From assembly GCA_002011035.2 (NCBI GenBank), contig MTLY02000002.1, forward strand, positions 96,001 to 160,000: 64,000 nt of DNA. Reading direction: 5' to 3'. Of this stretch, positions 17,130 to 27,225 are shown piece after piece (within the stretch, counting starts at the first letter, position 1; every line of letters starts with the position of its first letter). The position numbers and the translations under genes are program-made. Under the pieces are notes generated by a model. The model made no database searches. It was not told the origin of the DNA and worked only from the letters and a program-made list of their open reading frames with translations. Origin of the DNA: Candidatus Hecatella orcuttiae (GTDB lineage: Archaea; Thermoproteota; Bathyarchaeia; Hecatellales; Hecatellaceae).

Positions 17130-18536
17130 ATGAAACCTCATTCAAACGCGGACAGCTTGAAAAAACCGCGGCTGGTGGTGGCGGGGGCTCAGAGCAGCTC
17201 AGGGAAGACCACAGTTACCTTAGGCCTCGCGGGGCTTCTCATGAAAAGAGGCTACCTAGTTCAGACCTTCAAAGTAGGCCCTGACTACATCGACCCCAGC
17301 TATCACACTGGCATCACCCGGAGGCCGTGCCGAAACCTCGATTCATGGATGGTTCCTCTGCCCCATCTGCTGGAGATATTCGCTCACGGCATGGAAGAAG
17401 CTGACATAGCCTTGGTGGAGGGTGTCATGGGCCTTTACGACGGTATCCACGGCGCAGGGGAGGCTGGAAGCACAGCGCAGGTAGCTAAAAGATTGAAGGC
17501 GCCTGTGATCCTTGTAGTTGACGCTCACAGCATGGCGAGGTCCGCTGGAGCTTTAGTTTTAGGCTACAAAAGCTTCGACCCCCAGCTCAGCCTCAGGGGG
17601 GTGATTCTGAACAGGGTCTCTTCCCTCTCCCACGCTCAATGGTGCAAGGAGGCGATCGAGAAAGCAGCTAAGATCCCCGTCGTAGGCGCTATACCCAAGA
17701 GCGGGGAAATAGAAATGCCTGAACGCCATTTGGGGTTGATCCCTGTAAAGGAAAAAGAAAGCCTAGGAGGTTATTTTTCAAAGATAATCTCCCACATGGA
17801 GTCCCACGTGGACTTGGCCATGATCTTGGACGTCGCTGCTTCAGCCCCAAAATTGCCTGAAGTGAAGAAGGTGCTTTTTCCGTCTACTTCTCTTCCTAAA
17901 AAAGTGAGGGTAGGCGTCGCCTTAGATGAAGCCTTCAATTTCTACTACCAAGAAAATTTGGACTTGTTGAGTCTCCACGGCGCTGAGCTTGTGCCCTTCA
18001 GCCCCATCCACCACCGGAAGCTTCCCGAGGTAGACGGCCTATACTTGGGAGGAGGATTCCCGGAAGTGCTTCCCAGAGAACTGGAAGCTAACAAGACCGT
18101 GAGAAACGAGATAAGGAAGGCGGCAGAGGACTCCATGCCTGTCTACGCGGAGTGCGGAGGCTTGATGTATCTCACGAGATCCATCACCGATTTCAACGGC
18201 CGCACGTATAGGATGGTGGGTATTTTCGACGGCAGGACCCTTATGACCAAGAAGCTCTGCCTAAACTACACTTTAGCCAAAGTGGTGAAAGGCCACCTGC
18301 TGGCTGGTCCGGGAGCGAAACTGAAGGGCCATGAGTTTCACTATTCAAAGATCGTGGAAATCCCCCGGGACGCCGTCTTCGCCTACAGCATGGAGAAAGG
18401 CTACGGCATCGACGGGAAACATGACGCTTGGAACCTGTATAATACCTACGCCTCCTACATGCATGTCCACTTCGCCCACAGCCTGAAATTGGTCAGAAAT
18501 TTTATTGCACACTGCCAGAAATACAGCAAACACTGA
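17130..18536 (+). CDS. cbiA: Cobyrinate a,c-diamide synthase (CbiA/CobB family; CfbB not excluded)
   Basis: SSSGKTT, KVGPDYIDP, EGVMGLYDG, ERHLGL, AECGGLMYL, GHEFHYS. Confidence 0.92.
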   Translation: MKPHSNADSLKKPRLVVAGAQSSSGKTTVTLGLAGLLMKRGYLVQTFKVGPDYIDPSYHTGITRRPCRNLDSWMVPLPHLLEIFAHGMEEADIALVEGVMGLYDGIHGAGEAGSTAQVAKRLKAPVILVVDAHSMARSAGALVLGYKSFDPQLSLRGVILNRVSSLSHAQWCKEAIEKAAKIPVVGAIPKSGEIEMPERHLGLIPVKEKESLGGYFSKIISHMESHVDLAMILDVAASAPKLPEVKKVLFPSTSLPKKVRVGVALDEAFNFYYQENLDLLSLHGAELVPFSPIHHRKLPEVDGLYLGGGFPEVLPRELEANKTVRNEIRKAAEDSMPVYAECGGLMYLTRSITDFNGRTYRMVGIFDGRTLMTKKLCLNYTLAKVVKGHLLAGPGAKLKGHEFHYSKIVEIPRDAVFAYSMEKGYGIDGKHDAWNLYNTYASYMHVHFAHSLKLVRNFIAHCQKYSKH

Positions 18537-18544
18537 AGGGAGGA

Positions 18545-19984
18545 CTGAAGGCTTCGGGGTTAAAAATATATAACACGCTGACAGGCCGGGAGGAGGAGTT
18601 TAAACCCATAGAAAGCGGAAAGGTGAAAATCTACACCTGCGGCCCCACCGTGTACGACTACGCCCATATCGGGAACTTCAGAACCTTTGTGCTTCAAGAC
18701 GTTCTAAGGAGGTGGCTGAAATACAAAGGCTACGAGGTCTACCAAGTCATGAACCTAACCGACGTTGACGACAAGACCATCAGAGGCGCCAGAGAAACCG
18801 GTCTCTCCTTGAAGGAGTATACCGCCAAGTATACGGAGGCGTTTTTCGAGGACGCGGATAAACTTGGCATTGAAAGAGTTGAAGTCTACCCCAAAGCCAC
18901 CGAGCACATCCAGGAAATGGTAGAACTGGTCAAGAAGCTCATGGACAAAGGATTCGCCTACCGAGGGGAGGACGGTTCGGTGTATTTTGACATCTCAAAA
19001 TTTCGGGAATACGGCCAGCTGTCCAAGGTCAAGCTACGCCTTTTGAAGGCGAAAGGCCGAATCAAAGCTGACCAGTACTCTAAGGAGGAGGCAGAAGACT
19101 TCGCCCTCTGGAAGGCGTGGGACGAGGAAGATGGGGATGTTTTTTGGGAAACAGAGCTGGGGAAAGGTAGACCTGGATGGCATACCGAATGCGCAGCCTT
19201 GTCCATCAAATATCTGGGGGAAACCTTCGACATCCACGCCGGCGGAGTCGACCTCATGTTTCCTCACCACGAAAACGAGATAGCTCAGGCAGAAGCGGCG
19301 ACTGGTAGAAAATTCGTCAACTACTGGCTTCACTTCAACCACCTGATGGTGGAAGGGAGAAAAATGTCCAAGTCTCTGGGAAACTTCTACACCCTGCGGG
19401 ACTTACTTCAGAGAGGCTACCACCCTAAGGCCATAAGATACGTTCTGCTTTCAACCCATTACCGTAAGATATTAGACTTCTCCTTGAAGAATCTGGAGAA
19501 GGCATCTGATGTCGTCGGAAAACTAGAGGACTTTCTCCATCGACTAAAGGAAGCCAAGGGAAGGAAGGAAGAGGGAGAGAGAGAAGAAGCTGAAAAGCTG
19601 ATTTCTCAATGCAAAGAAAGCTTTGAAGCAGCCATGGACGACGACTTGAATGTAAGCATTGCTTTAGCCTCGGTGTTCAGACTTGTGAGAGAGGCCAACA
19701 GGCTTATCGACGAAAACAAGCTTGGAGAGAAGGAGGCGGAAGACATGGAAGGCTTCTTAAAAAACGTGAACAGAGTCCTCAACCTCGTCGAAGAAAAACC
19801 CAGACCGGAAAAGCTTCCCGAAGAACTGGAGAAACTTCTCATCAAAAGGGAAGAAGCCCGGAAGAATAGAGATTGGAAAACCGCCGACGCCCTTAGGGAA
19901 GAGCTGGAGAAGAAGGGGTTAAAAATAGAGGACACACCGAAAGGGGTGCGGTGGAAGTGGAAAATCAGTTCTCCAAGGAGTTAA
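18545..19984 (+). CDS. cysS: Cysteinyl-tRNA synthetase (class I)
   Basis: CGPTVYDYAHIGN, GRPGWHTEC, FPHHENE, KMSKS; conserved LKIYNTLT...EEFKP lies upstream of the first canonical start (GTG 18623), so the true start is uncertain. Confidence 0.93.
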   Translation: MKASGLKIYNTLTGREEEFKPIESGKVKIYTCGPTVYDYAHIGNFRTFVLQDVLRRWLKYKGYEVYQVMNLTDVDDKTIRGARETGLSLKEYTAKYTEAFFEDADKLGIERVEVYPKATEHIQEMVELVKKLMDKGFAYRGEDGSVYFDISKFREYGQLSKVKLRLLKAKGRIKADQYSKEEAEDFALWKAWDEEDGDVFWETELGKGRPGWHTECAALSIKYLGETFDIHAGGVDLMFPHHENEIAQAEAATGRKFVNYWLHFNHLMVEGRKMSKSLGNFYTLRDLLQRGYHPKAIRYVLLSTHYRKILDFSLKNLEKASDVVGKLEDFLHRLKEAKGRKEEGEREEAEKLISQCKESFEAAMDDDLNVSIALASVFRLVREANRLIDENKLGEKEAEDMEGFLKNVNRVLNLVEEKPRPEKLPEELEKLLIKREEARKNRDWKTADALREELEKKGLKIEDTPKGVRWKWKISSPRS

Positions 19985-20033
19985 GAAACTTTATTTGAAA
20001 GTTCACCGCATCTACTAGCCTAGGGATTGGGTT

Positions 20034-20213
20034 ATGCCTCAACTGGCTGTCTGTAAAGATTGCGGCCATCTTCTCTATAAGGGCGTCGACCTGAAGCCGG
20101 CTGAGGAGATCATCCAACTTAACGGTGGAACATGTCCTAAATGCGGACGGAAACTGGAATTCTTCATTGACAACGTGGAGATCTTTCCGGTGGAGGACTT
20201 GGAAAAAAGCTAA
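20034..20213 (+). CDS. 59-aa zinc-ribbon protein (not in the ORF track)
   Basis: MPQLAVCKDCGHLLY...CPKCGRKL: two CxxC pairs; ATG start. Confidence 0.75.
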   Translation: MPQLAVCKDCGHLLYKGVDLKPAEEIIQLNGGTCPKCGRKLEFFIDNVEIFPVEDLEKS

Positions 20214-23200
20214 CTCCGAATTCTTTCCAGCAATATCTTTATTTTTTCCTCCCCCACCAGCCACTCTTTTAGGTAGGCACCTTCTCCGGCTGGTTTAACG
20301 TTTTCTATGTTCTTCAGCCTCAGGTTTCGGATTCTAACCTCGGTTTTGATGTAGTCTTCCATCTGCTTCAATATGGATAAAGTTTCCGAGCTGGCATACC
20401 CTAGGGTGGCGTCCACGTAGTCTTCGATGTTCAACTGCATGTCTTTCCTCATAAGCTGGGCTCTCCGAACTATTTCCCGGGCTGCGGATTCTGCCAGAAG
20501 CTCAGGGGTCTTAGCTGTATCCACATACACACGGCCGTGGTCAAAATTCTCCGCAACGATGCTACTCGGGTAGATTTCTTCAACCTTGAAGTCTTCTTTT
20601 TGAAGCTTGTAGGTTTCCCCCTCCACGGATACTTCGACTTCCCCCTTCTCTTGGAGCAACTGGAGGGCTGTTCCTTCTCCCATCTTCTCCAAGCCGGCCA
20701 ACACTTTGGGAAAGGCGGATTTAAACTTCAAACCCAAAGAGGCATGCTGAGGTTGAAGTTTAAGCTTTAGGAAGGGCGGCCGCTCTCCAGGGCGAAGAAT
20801 GAGTACTTCTTTGGCGTTGGCTTGGTTGAGGAGTATCTCCTTCCTTCTGGTAAAGGCTTCGTGAGCCGCTTGGTCTGAGGGGAGCAACGTGACCGTCCGC
20901 ACAGGCCATCGGAGTTTTATCCGCCCTTTTTGCCTCGCGGCAAGGACGGCTTTCAAGGCTTCTCTGCAGATTTGAATATCCCTTTCAAGAGTTTCGTCCA
21001 CCAATTCATTTTTTCTCTCAGGCCAACTGCAGAGGTGAATACTTTCAGGCTTCCCGGGGGATAGAGCTGAGTAAAGTTCCTCAGCCAAGTAGGGGGTGAA
21101 AGGGCTCATGAGCTTCAAGGCCTCTAAGAGCACCGTATAGAGGGCTGTGTAGGCGGTCATCTTCTCCACAGCCTCAGCTTCAATCCACGTTCTCCTCCTG
21201 ATCAACCTGAGGTAGAATCGGCTTACATCCTCGACCAAGAAGTCGAAGACTTCCCTTAAGGCTTTGTGAAGCCTGAAGTTCACGAGGTTCTCGGTGACCT
21301 TCCCTGTCATAGATTGGCATCGGGAAAGAAGCCATCTGTCTTCGTCTTTGAGCTGCTTCCAAATTTTTTCCAGAGGCCAATCCTCAGGATTGAACCTGTC
21401 CAACTGCATGTAGGTTACTGCAAAGGCGAAAACGTTCCAGACCACGTTTAAGACTCTTTTCACCTGGGAGAGTTCTTCAACGTCAAAAAGTAAGGTGTCC
21501 TCGGGGGCAGCCTTACCGAGAAGGTAAAACCGGGTTACGTCAGCCCCGTAGAGGTTTAGGATTTCCTCAGTCCAGATTACGTTGCCTTTAGACTTGGACA
21601 TTTTCTGGCCGTATTTGTCGAGGACATGGCCTTGGCATAAAACCTTCACGTAGGGGGTTTTATCGTAGAGGGTTACTCCCGTGGCTAGGAGGGAATAAAA
21701 CCACCCACGGGTCTGGTCCACTGCTTCGGTGATGAAATCATAGGGGTAAAGTCTCTGAAAAAGCTGAGGGTCTTCCAAGGCGTTTATGGATGCGGAATGA
21801 GCTACACCGGAATCCAGCCAGCAGTCGAGAACGAAGGGAACGCGGCTCATTTCCTCTCCGCAGCGAGGGCATTTTAACACTACCTCGTCTATCCATGGAC
21901 GGTGAAGTTCAAGGCGGCTGGGGAGTTTTTTGGCTTCTTTCACCAACTCCTCCCGGGTTCCGATAACTTTCAAGGCTTCGCATTTTCCACACTTCCACAC
22001 ATTGAGAGGGCTTCCCCAAACCCTTGTCCGCGAGATACACCAGTCTTCCGCGTTGCAAAGCCATTCCCCGAATCTGTTTCTCCCAGCCCACTCCGGAAAC
22101 CATTGGACTGAGCTGTTTTCCCCCAGCATCCTTTCCCTGAGAAGGGAGACTTGAAGAAACCATTGTTTGTCCGCCCGGTAGAGGAGGGGAGTGCCGCATC
22201 TCCAGCAAGTGGGGTATTCATGCTCAATTTCTCCAGACCAGACAAGCAGCTCCTTCCTTTTCAGGTCCTCCACTACTGCCTTATTTGCCTCTCGGAAGAA
22301 TATCCCCCCATATTTACCCGCCTCCCCGGTGAAGAGGCCCTTTTGGTCGACAGGGCAGAACACGGGTATTCCGTATCTTGCGCCAACCTCAAAATCTTCT
22401 GGGCCGTGGGCTGGAGCTGTGTGAACGCAGCCTGTTCCCTCTTCCATGGATACATGCTCCCCGCAGATGACGGCGTGGTCGTGAAGGTTGGAATGTCTTC
22501 TGTGAGCAGGAGTTTCTTCCATCAGCGGGTGAACATACTTGGCGCCTTCCAGTTTCCGACCGTTGAAAGAGTCAACTTTAACGTAGTCTTCCACTTTAAG
22601 CTGCTGGAAGACGCGGCTGCGAAGTTCTTCGGCGAGAATCCAAACTTCCTCCCCTACTTTAACCTTGACGTAGGTGTGATCCGGGTGAACTGACACAGCT
22701 TCGTTTCCCACCAGCGTCCAAGGGGTTGTCGTCCAGATTAAAATATACTCCCCGGGTTTATCCTCTAATTGAAACTTGACGATGATGGAAGGGTCTCGTA
22801 GGGTGGCGTAGCCCAGACTCACCTCATGGCTGGAGAGAGGTGTCTCGCAGCGGGGACAAGTGGGTACTACCTTGTAGTCTTCTTTAAGCAGTCCTTTTTC
22901 GTAGGCTTTCTTAATAAACCACCACACAAACTCAATGTACTTATCTTTCCTCGTCTCGTAGGCATGGTCGTAGTCCAGCCATAAGCCGAGTCTTTCAGAG
23001 TTTTTTCTCCAATGTTGAATGTAGAAATCCACCAGCCTACTGCATTCTTCAACAAACCGGCTTAGGCCTATCTTCTCTAAGTCTCCCTTGGATTTTATCC
23101 CTAGGTTTTTTTCAGCCTCGATCTCCACAGGCAGACCTTGACAGTCCCATCCGGCTTTCCGCCAGACGTTTTTCCCCCGCATAGCTTCGAAGCGTAAAAC

Positions 23201-23398
23201 AGCGTCCTTCATCGCCCTTCCGCGAGCATGGCCGATGTGCATGAAGCCGTTGGCCGTGGGGGGGCCTTCTAGGAACCTGAAAAGAGGCCCGGTCTCCCTT
23301 AGCTTGGAAAGCTTGTCTCGGATGCGGTTTTTAACCCACATTTCGGAGACTTTTCTCTCCACTTCAATAGGATCGTAGGAGGGCTTGAGATTTCTCAT
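20210..23398 (-). CDS. ileS: Isoleucyl-tRNA synthetase
   Basis: EGPPTANGFMHIGH, WTTTPWTL, DWCISR, DQTRGWF, KMSKS. Confidence 0.96.
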   Translation of the reverse strand: MRNLKPSYDPIEVERKVSEMWVKNRIRDKLSKLRETGPLFRFLEGPPTANGFMHIGHARGRAMKDAVLRFEAMRGKNVWRKAGWDCQGLPVEIEAEKNLGIKSKGDLEKIGLSRFVEECSRLVDFYIQHWRKNSERLGLWLDYDHAYETRKDKYIEFVWWFIKKAYEKGLLKEDYKVVPTCPRCETPLSSHEVSLGYATLRDPSIIVKFQLEDKPGEYILIWTTTPWTLVGNEAVSVHPDHTYVKVKVGEEVWILAEELRSRVFQQLKVEDYVKVDSFNGRKLEGAKYVHPLMEETPAHRRHSNLHDHAVICGEHVSMEEGTGCVHTAPAHGPEDFEVGARYGIPVFCPVDQKGLFTGEAGKYGGIFFREANKAVVEDLKRKELLVWSGEIEHEYPTCWRCGTPLLYRADKQWFLQVSLLRERMLGENSSVQWFPEWAGRNRFGEWLCNAEDWCISRTRVWGSPLNVWKCGKCEALKVIGTREELVKEAKKLPSRLELHRPWIDEVVLKCPRCGEEMSRVPFVLDCWLDSGVAHSASINALEDPQLFQRLYPYDFITEAVDQTRGWFYSLLATGVTLYDKTPYVKVLCQGHVLDKYGQKMSKSKGNVIWTEEILNLYGADVTRFYLLGKAAPEDTLLFDVEELSQVKRVLNVVWNVFAFAVTYMQLDRFNPEDWPLEKIWKQLKDEDRWLLSRCQSMTGKVTENLVNFRLHKALREVFDFLVEDVSRFYLRLIRRRTWIEAEAVEKMTAYTALYTVLLEALKLMSPFTPYLAEELYSALSPGKPESIHLCSWPERKNELVDETLERDIQICREALKAVLAARQKGRIKLRWPVRTVTLLPSDQAAHEAFTRRKEILLNQANAKEVLILRPGERPPFLKLKLQPQHASLGLKFKSAFPKVLAGLEKMGEGTALQLLQEKGEVEVSVEGETYKLQKEDFKVEEIYPSSIVAENFDHGRVYVDTAKTPELLAESAAREIVRRAQLMRKDMQLNIEDYVDATLGYASSETLSILKQMEDYIKTEVRIRNLRLKNIENVKPAGEGAYLKEWLVGEEKIKILLERIRS

Positions 23399-23590
23399 GA
23401 CATTACCACTGAAGGGGTGATCTGTCGCTTTTCCTTCTTAGATGCGTGTTCTAGAGATAGAAATTCAGCCTATAATAGTTTTTTACGCGATCCACGCGGC
23501 GAGATTTCAAAAAAATTGGGCCTATAAAACAAATTGAGGCGGCTGCTAAGGTTTAAAGCCTTTAAAGCTATTAAAAAACAGGGTTGTAGG

Positions 23591-25657
23591 ATGACGGCCA
23601 GAAAGCCGGTGAAAATGCTTTCGAAAGAAGCGCTCCGTTTCAGCCTTATGGATGAAGCTTCAAAAATCGCTTTCTCCGGATTCTTTCAAGCGGGTCTGCT
23701 GGCCCTCATCGCCGGCTTGGCCTTCACCGTGCGCATACTGCCCTTGCAGTGGGGAGCTTACCTCTCAGAGTTTGACCCTTATTGGCATTTTTACGTCAGC
23801 CAGCATATCGTGGAAGAGGGGCTAGGGTGGATTTTCAAGCCTGAAGGCTGGCGTGACTTCCAGACGTGGTATCCTTTTGGGAGAGACGTACCCTCCACAA
23901 CCCCCATGGGGTTGCCCCTAACAGCAGCTGCCTTCTTTTTCCTCTTGAAAGGCTTCGGCCTATCGCTACTGGATGTGGCTATTTTTCTTCCCCCAACTAT
24001 GGCTGCCGTCACCTGCGTGGCGATTTTCTTCCTAGGGAAGGAGGTGGGAGGCCGGGAGACAGGCTTACTTGCCAGCCTTTTCTTGGCTTTCAACAACGCT
24101 TACGCCAGCAGAACGGTCTTAGGGTTTTTCAAACATGAATCCGTAGGTATTCTCGCGATCGTCTCTATATCCCTTTTCTTTCTCAAAGCCTTGGACAGCT
24201 CCAAACCCCTCAGTCGGAGTGTTTTCTTCGCCGTGCTGGCGGGACTGGCTTTAGGCTACCTCAACATCTCTTGGGGGGCCTTCTACTACATGATGACGAT
24301 CCTTCCTCTCTTCCTTTTCGCAGCCATAATCTTTCGGGAATACAGTTCACGCCTGTTCATCGCCTACTACATCACTCTCAGCCTCGGCATCCTCATCGCC
24401 CTCCCTTTTCCCAGGCCTGGCTTGGGGGTCATAGCCTCGCTGGGAGGGTTAGCCGCTGTAGCCGGCTTTTTGGAGCTGGTGCTCTACGAAGGCCTGAGGC
24501 GGGTTAAGTCTCTCAAGAGCGGTTATTTGCCGACCATCCTCAGCTTGGTCGTGGTGGCTGTGGGAGCGTTGATTCTCAGCCAATTTATGGCAGGGCTTCC
24601 GGGAAAGGTTCTCACCGTCTTGGATCCCAGCCTCAGAGTCGCCACCCAGTCAGGGGTCATCATGGAGTCGGTGGCGGAGCATAGGCTTAACACGTGGGCT
24701 TCCTTTTACATGCAGTTTGGAAATCTGCTTATTCTCGCTCCCTTGGGCTTTTACTTCGCTTACAGAAGAAAAAGTCCATCAGACCTTTACTTGATCCTAT
24801 TCGGAGTCACAACTCTCTATGCTGCTGCTTCCCTCATTAGGCTGAACCTCATCCTAGCTCCGGCCTTCAGCCTCCTTTCAGCCTTCGGGGTTGTAAATCT
24901 GGCCAAGCCTGCTATTGCCGCCATAAAGAAAGTAGAGCTTAAACCGGTTAAGAAGGTGATATCAGCCGTCAATCCAAAGCTGGGATTGGCTCTGCTTCTG
25001 ATTCTGCTAGCGACGATGGCTCCTACCTTCTACAGGACCGTTGAAACCTCCGAAGCCCCAGCCACCATAGCTTCCAGCAGCGTTCCAATAAAAGAGTTTC
25101 GGGGAGACTGGTTGGAGGCCTTGGAGTGGATACGCGGCAACGTCCCTGAAAACACTCCCATCATCTCCTGGTGGGACTACGGCTACTGGATAGCCTTGGT
25201 GGGCAAACACCCCAGCGTGGCGGACAACGCCACCATAAACGTAACTCAGATAGCACACATAGGGCAGATTCTCCTCTCGGAGGAAGCTGTTGCCCTCGAC
25301 CTGTCAAGAGAGTACTTTGACACCGACTACATACTGATCTTCGTAACAACAGCCCCGATTGGAGCTCTTCAAATCAGCCATTTACCTTGGGGATATGGAG
25401 ATGAAGGCAAATGGGTCTGGATGGCCCGGATCGCTCAAGGAACCCACCCTGAGATAAGCGTGGAGAACGCTGATAGAAATGGGGACGGTCTACCGGATGA
25501 GCACACTCTCTTGGGCAAGGTGATCCTCTACTCCATCGGCCGCATTGCAGAGGAAGATTTTGAAAAATTCGAAGTAGCCTACGTTTCTCCGTCCCATTTC
25601 TGGATCGACCAGCCTAAAACAACCACGCAGGTGATAATTCTTAAAGGTAAGGCTTAA
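23591..25657 (+). CDS. aglB: Oligosaccharyltransferase STT3/AglB
   Basis: EFDPYW, SVAEH, WWDYGYWI, DNAT motifs; many TM helices; start uncertain. Confidence 0.92.
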   Translation: MTARKPVKMLSKEALRFSLMDEASKIAFSGFFQAGLLALIAGLAFTVRILPLQWGAYLSEFDPYWHFYVSQHIVEEGLGWIFKPEGWRDFQTWYPFGRDVPSTTPMGLPLTAAAFFFLLKGFGLSLLDVAIFLPPTMAAVTCVAIFFLGKEVGGRETGLLASLFLAFNNAYASRTVLGFFKHESVGILAIVSISLFFLKALDSSKPLSRSVFFAVLAGLALGYLNISWGAFYYMMTILPLFLFAAIIFREYSSRLFIAYYITLSLGILIALPFPRPGLGVIASLGGLAAVAGFLELVLYEGLRRVKSLKSGYLPTILSLVVVAVGALILSQFMAGLPGKVLTVLDPSLRVATQSGVIMESVAEHRLNTWASFYMQFGNLLILAPLGFYFAYRRKSPSDLYLILFGVTTLYAAASLIRLNLILAPAFSLLSAFGVVNLAKPAIAAIKKVELKPVKKVISAVNPKLGLALLLILLATMAPTFYRTVETSEAPATIASSSVPIKEFRGDWLEALEWIRGNVPENTPIISWWDYGYWIALVGKHPSVADNATINVTQIAHIGQILLSEEAVALDLSREYFDTDYILIFVTTAPIGALQISHLPWGYGDEGKWVWMARIAQGTHPEISVENADRNGDGLPDEHTLLGKVILYSIGRIAEEDFEKFEVAYVSPSHFWIDQPKTTTQVIILKGKA

Positions 25658-25845
25658 GCCGAGCTTTCCGCCGCCTGTTTTTGAGCTATTTTCTTCATAG
25701 CTCTTCGATATTTGCCGTACTTATCTTCCACTGAAAACTTAGGGGGAATGGGGGAATATATGGTTCCCCCGCACTTGGGGCATACAGTCTGACTTAAAGT
25801 GTAAACTCCGCAGTCACGGCATTTTCTAAGAAGGGACGGTGACAA
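25654..25845 (-). CDS. nop10: H/ACA RNP protein Nop10
   Basis: RKCRDCGVYTL..CPKCG..PPKFSVEDKYGKYRR. Confidence 0.92.
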   Translation of the reverse strand: MSPSLLRKCRDCGVYTLSQTVCPKCGGTIYSPIPPKFSVEDKYGKYRRAMKKIAQKQAAESSA

Positions 25846-25859
25846 GGGATAACCCCTTT

Positions 25860-26669
25860 TCAGCTTGTTCTTTTGAATGTTCCTTGACCACCCTGTCTTC
25901 GAATTTCGCTGAGGGCGCATTCTACGACTTCTTGAAGAGTCTTCTCCGCTTCCTTGTAGTTTCTAGCCACCACTTCCACGGCGTAGTTAGGCGCACCCAG
26001 AGTGTATATGTCGACATTGACCTTCGCCTTTTTTGCTTTCTTAGACCGGCATCCTAGAAGGACGTTTTTGATCACTTCTACCCCTCTAGCTTCGGGGCAG
26101 GCAAGCTGCAATACTCCTTTTATTTTCACCGTGGGTAATTTTATCCTCTGCCGAGCTACTTCCCTCAGAGCAGCAGCCCAATCTTTAGGTATCTTTAGCT
26201 TTTCAGCGAAGTCTTCTCCTTTCTCCAGTAGTTCCTCCAGACCGGCGTAGGCGTTTTCAAATTTCTCTTCCAGTTTGGCTGTTACTTCTCGAGAGAAGGA
26301 TTTTGGGTCCAGCTTTAGGTTTGCCGCGGCGATTTCCAAGATGGATTCGACTTTTTTCCCACGTTTCCATTCTAGAAGCTTGTCCTGTCTTTCTTTACCG
26401 CTGACTCTTCTCAGCGACAGGTCTATGTGCCTTTTTTCAGGGTCAACTCTTAAAACTTTCAGAACGACTTTTTCCTTTTCTCTGACGTAATCTCTGACGT
26501 TTCTAACCCATCCGGAGGAGACCTCTGAAATGTGAAGCAGCCCGTCCATGCCTTCGTACTCGTCCAGTTTCACGTAGGCGCCATATTGGGTTATCCGGTC
26601 GACTGTGGCTATGACCAGTTCTCCTACTTCAGGTAGCTCCTTTTGGCTTATCGAAACACCACCTTCCAA
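25860..26669 (-). CDS. Translation initiation factor aIF-2 alpha
   Basis: LPEVGELVIATV S1 domain, IDLSLRRV, GAPNY; start is TTG 26669 or ATA 26651. Confidence 0.93.
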   Translation of the reverse strand: MEGGVSISQKELPEVGELVIATVDRITQYGAYVKLDEYEGMDGLLHISEVSSGWVRNVRDYVREKEKVVLKVLRVDPEKRHIDLSLRRVSGKERQDKLLEWKRGKKVESILEIAAANLKLDPKSFSREVTAKLEEKFENAYAGLEELLEKGEDFAEKLKIPKDWAAALREVARQRIKLPTVKIKGVLQLACPEARGVEVIKNVLLGCRSKKAKKAKVNVDIYTLGAPNYAVEVVARNYKEAEKTLQEVVECALSEIRRQGGQGTFKRTS

Positions 26670-26740
26670 CCGGCTCAAACTCCCATAATTGTTGTCTCTT
26701 CCAGAAAATACCATGCGCCCGAAACAGGCATTTCCGCTGT

Positions 26741-26944
26741 TCATCCCAATCTTTCCACGATTTCTCCCTTGAGGACTAGTTTCCCTCCCTTCGGCTCCCC
26801 CAAGACCGCTCCGCATACGTTGCAGTTCACCGTGATGGAGGCCTTGTTGAAAGTTATCTGCTCGTTGCCGCAGTCAGGGCATTTCACTTTCACAAAGAGA
26901 CTTTCAGGCTTAGGTATCAACTCGCCTCTTTTAACCACGAGCAT
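26741..26944 (-). CDS. rps27e: 30S ribosomal protein S27e
   Basis: FVKVKCPDCGNEQ..CNVCG..PKGGK. Confidence 0.95.
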   Translation of the reverse strand: MLVVKRGELIPKPESLFVKVKCPDCGNEQITFNKASITVNCNVCGAVLGEPKGGKLVLKGEIVERLG

Positions 26945-26949
26945 TCCCC

Positions 26950-27225
26950 TCATGTTACTTCAACTTTCCTCAGCCTTATGCCGCGTTTTTGAAGCGTATA
27001 GCCGCACTGCTTGCAGGTCAGTTTCACCACTGCCTTCTTGGTCGTTTTACTCGTTCTTTTGAGTTCGGGAAATTTCTGTCCACCGTAGCCGTGCTTATCT
27101 CTTTCATGATGTCTCGCCCCGGCGGAGAGGGCTCTTTCTTTCCCTTTCTTGTAAAGGGAGAGGGAATGAGCAGTGTGTTTTCTACATCGGGGGCAGTAAA
27201 CGTTCACGCTCTTCGGAAACCTCAT
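26950..27225 (-). CDS. rpl44e: 50S ribosomal protein L44e
   Basis: YCPRCRKHT, GYGGQKFP, KTTKK, CKQCG. Confidence 0.96.
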   Translation of the reverse strand: MRFPKSVNVYCPRCRKHTAHSLSLYKKGKERALSAGARHHERDKHGYGGQKFPELKRTSKTTKKAVVKLTCKQCGYTLQKRGIRLRKVEVT

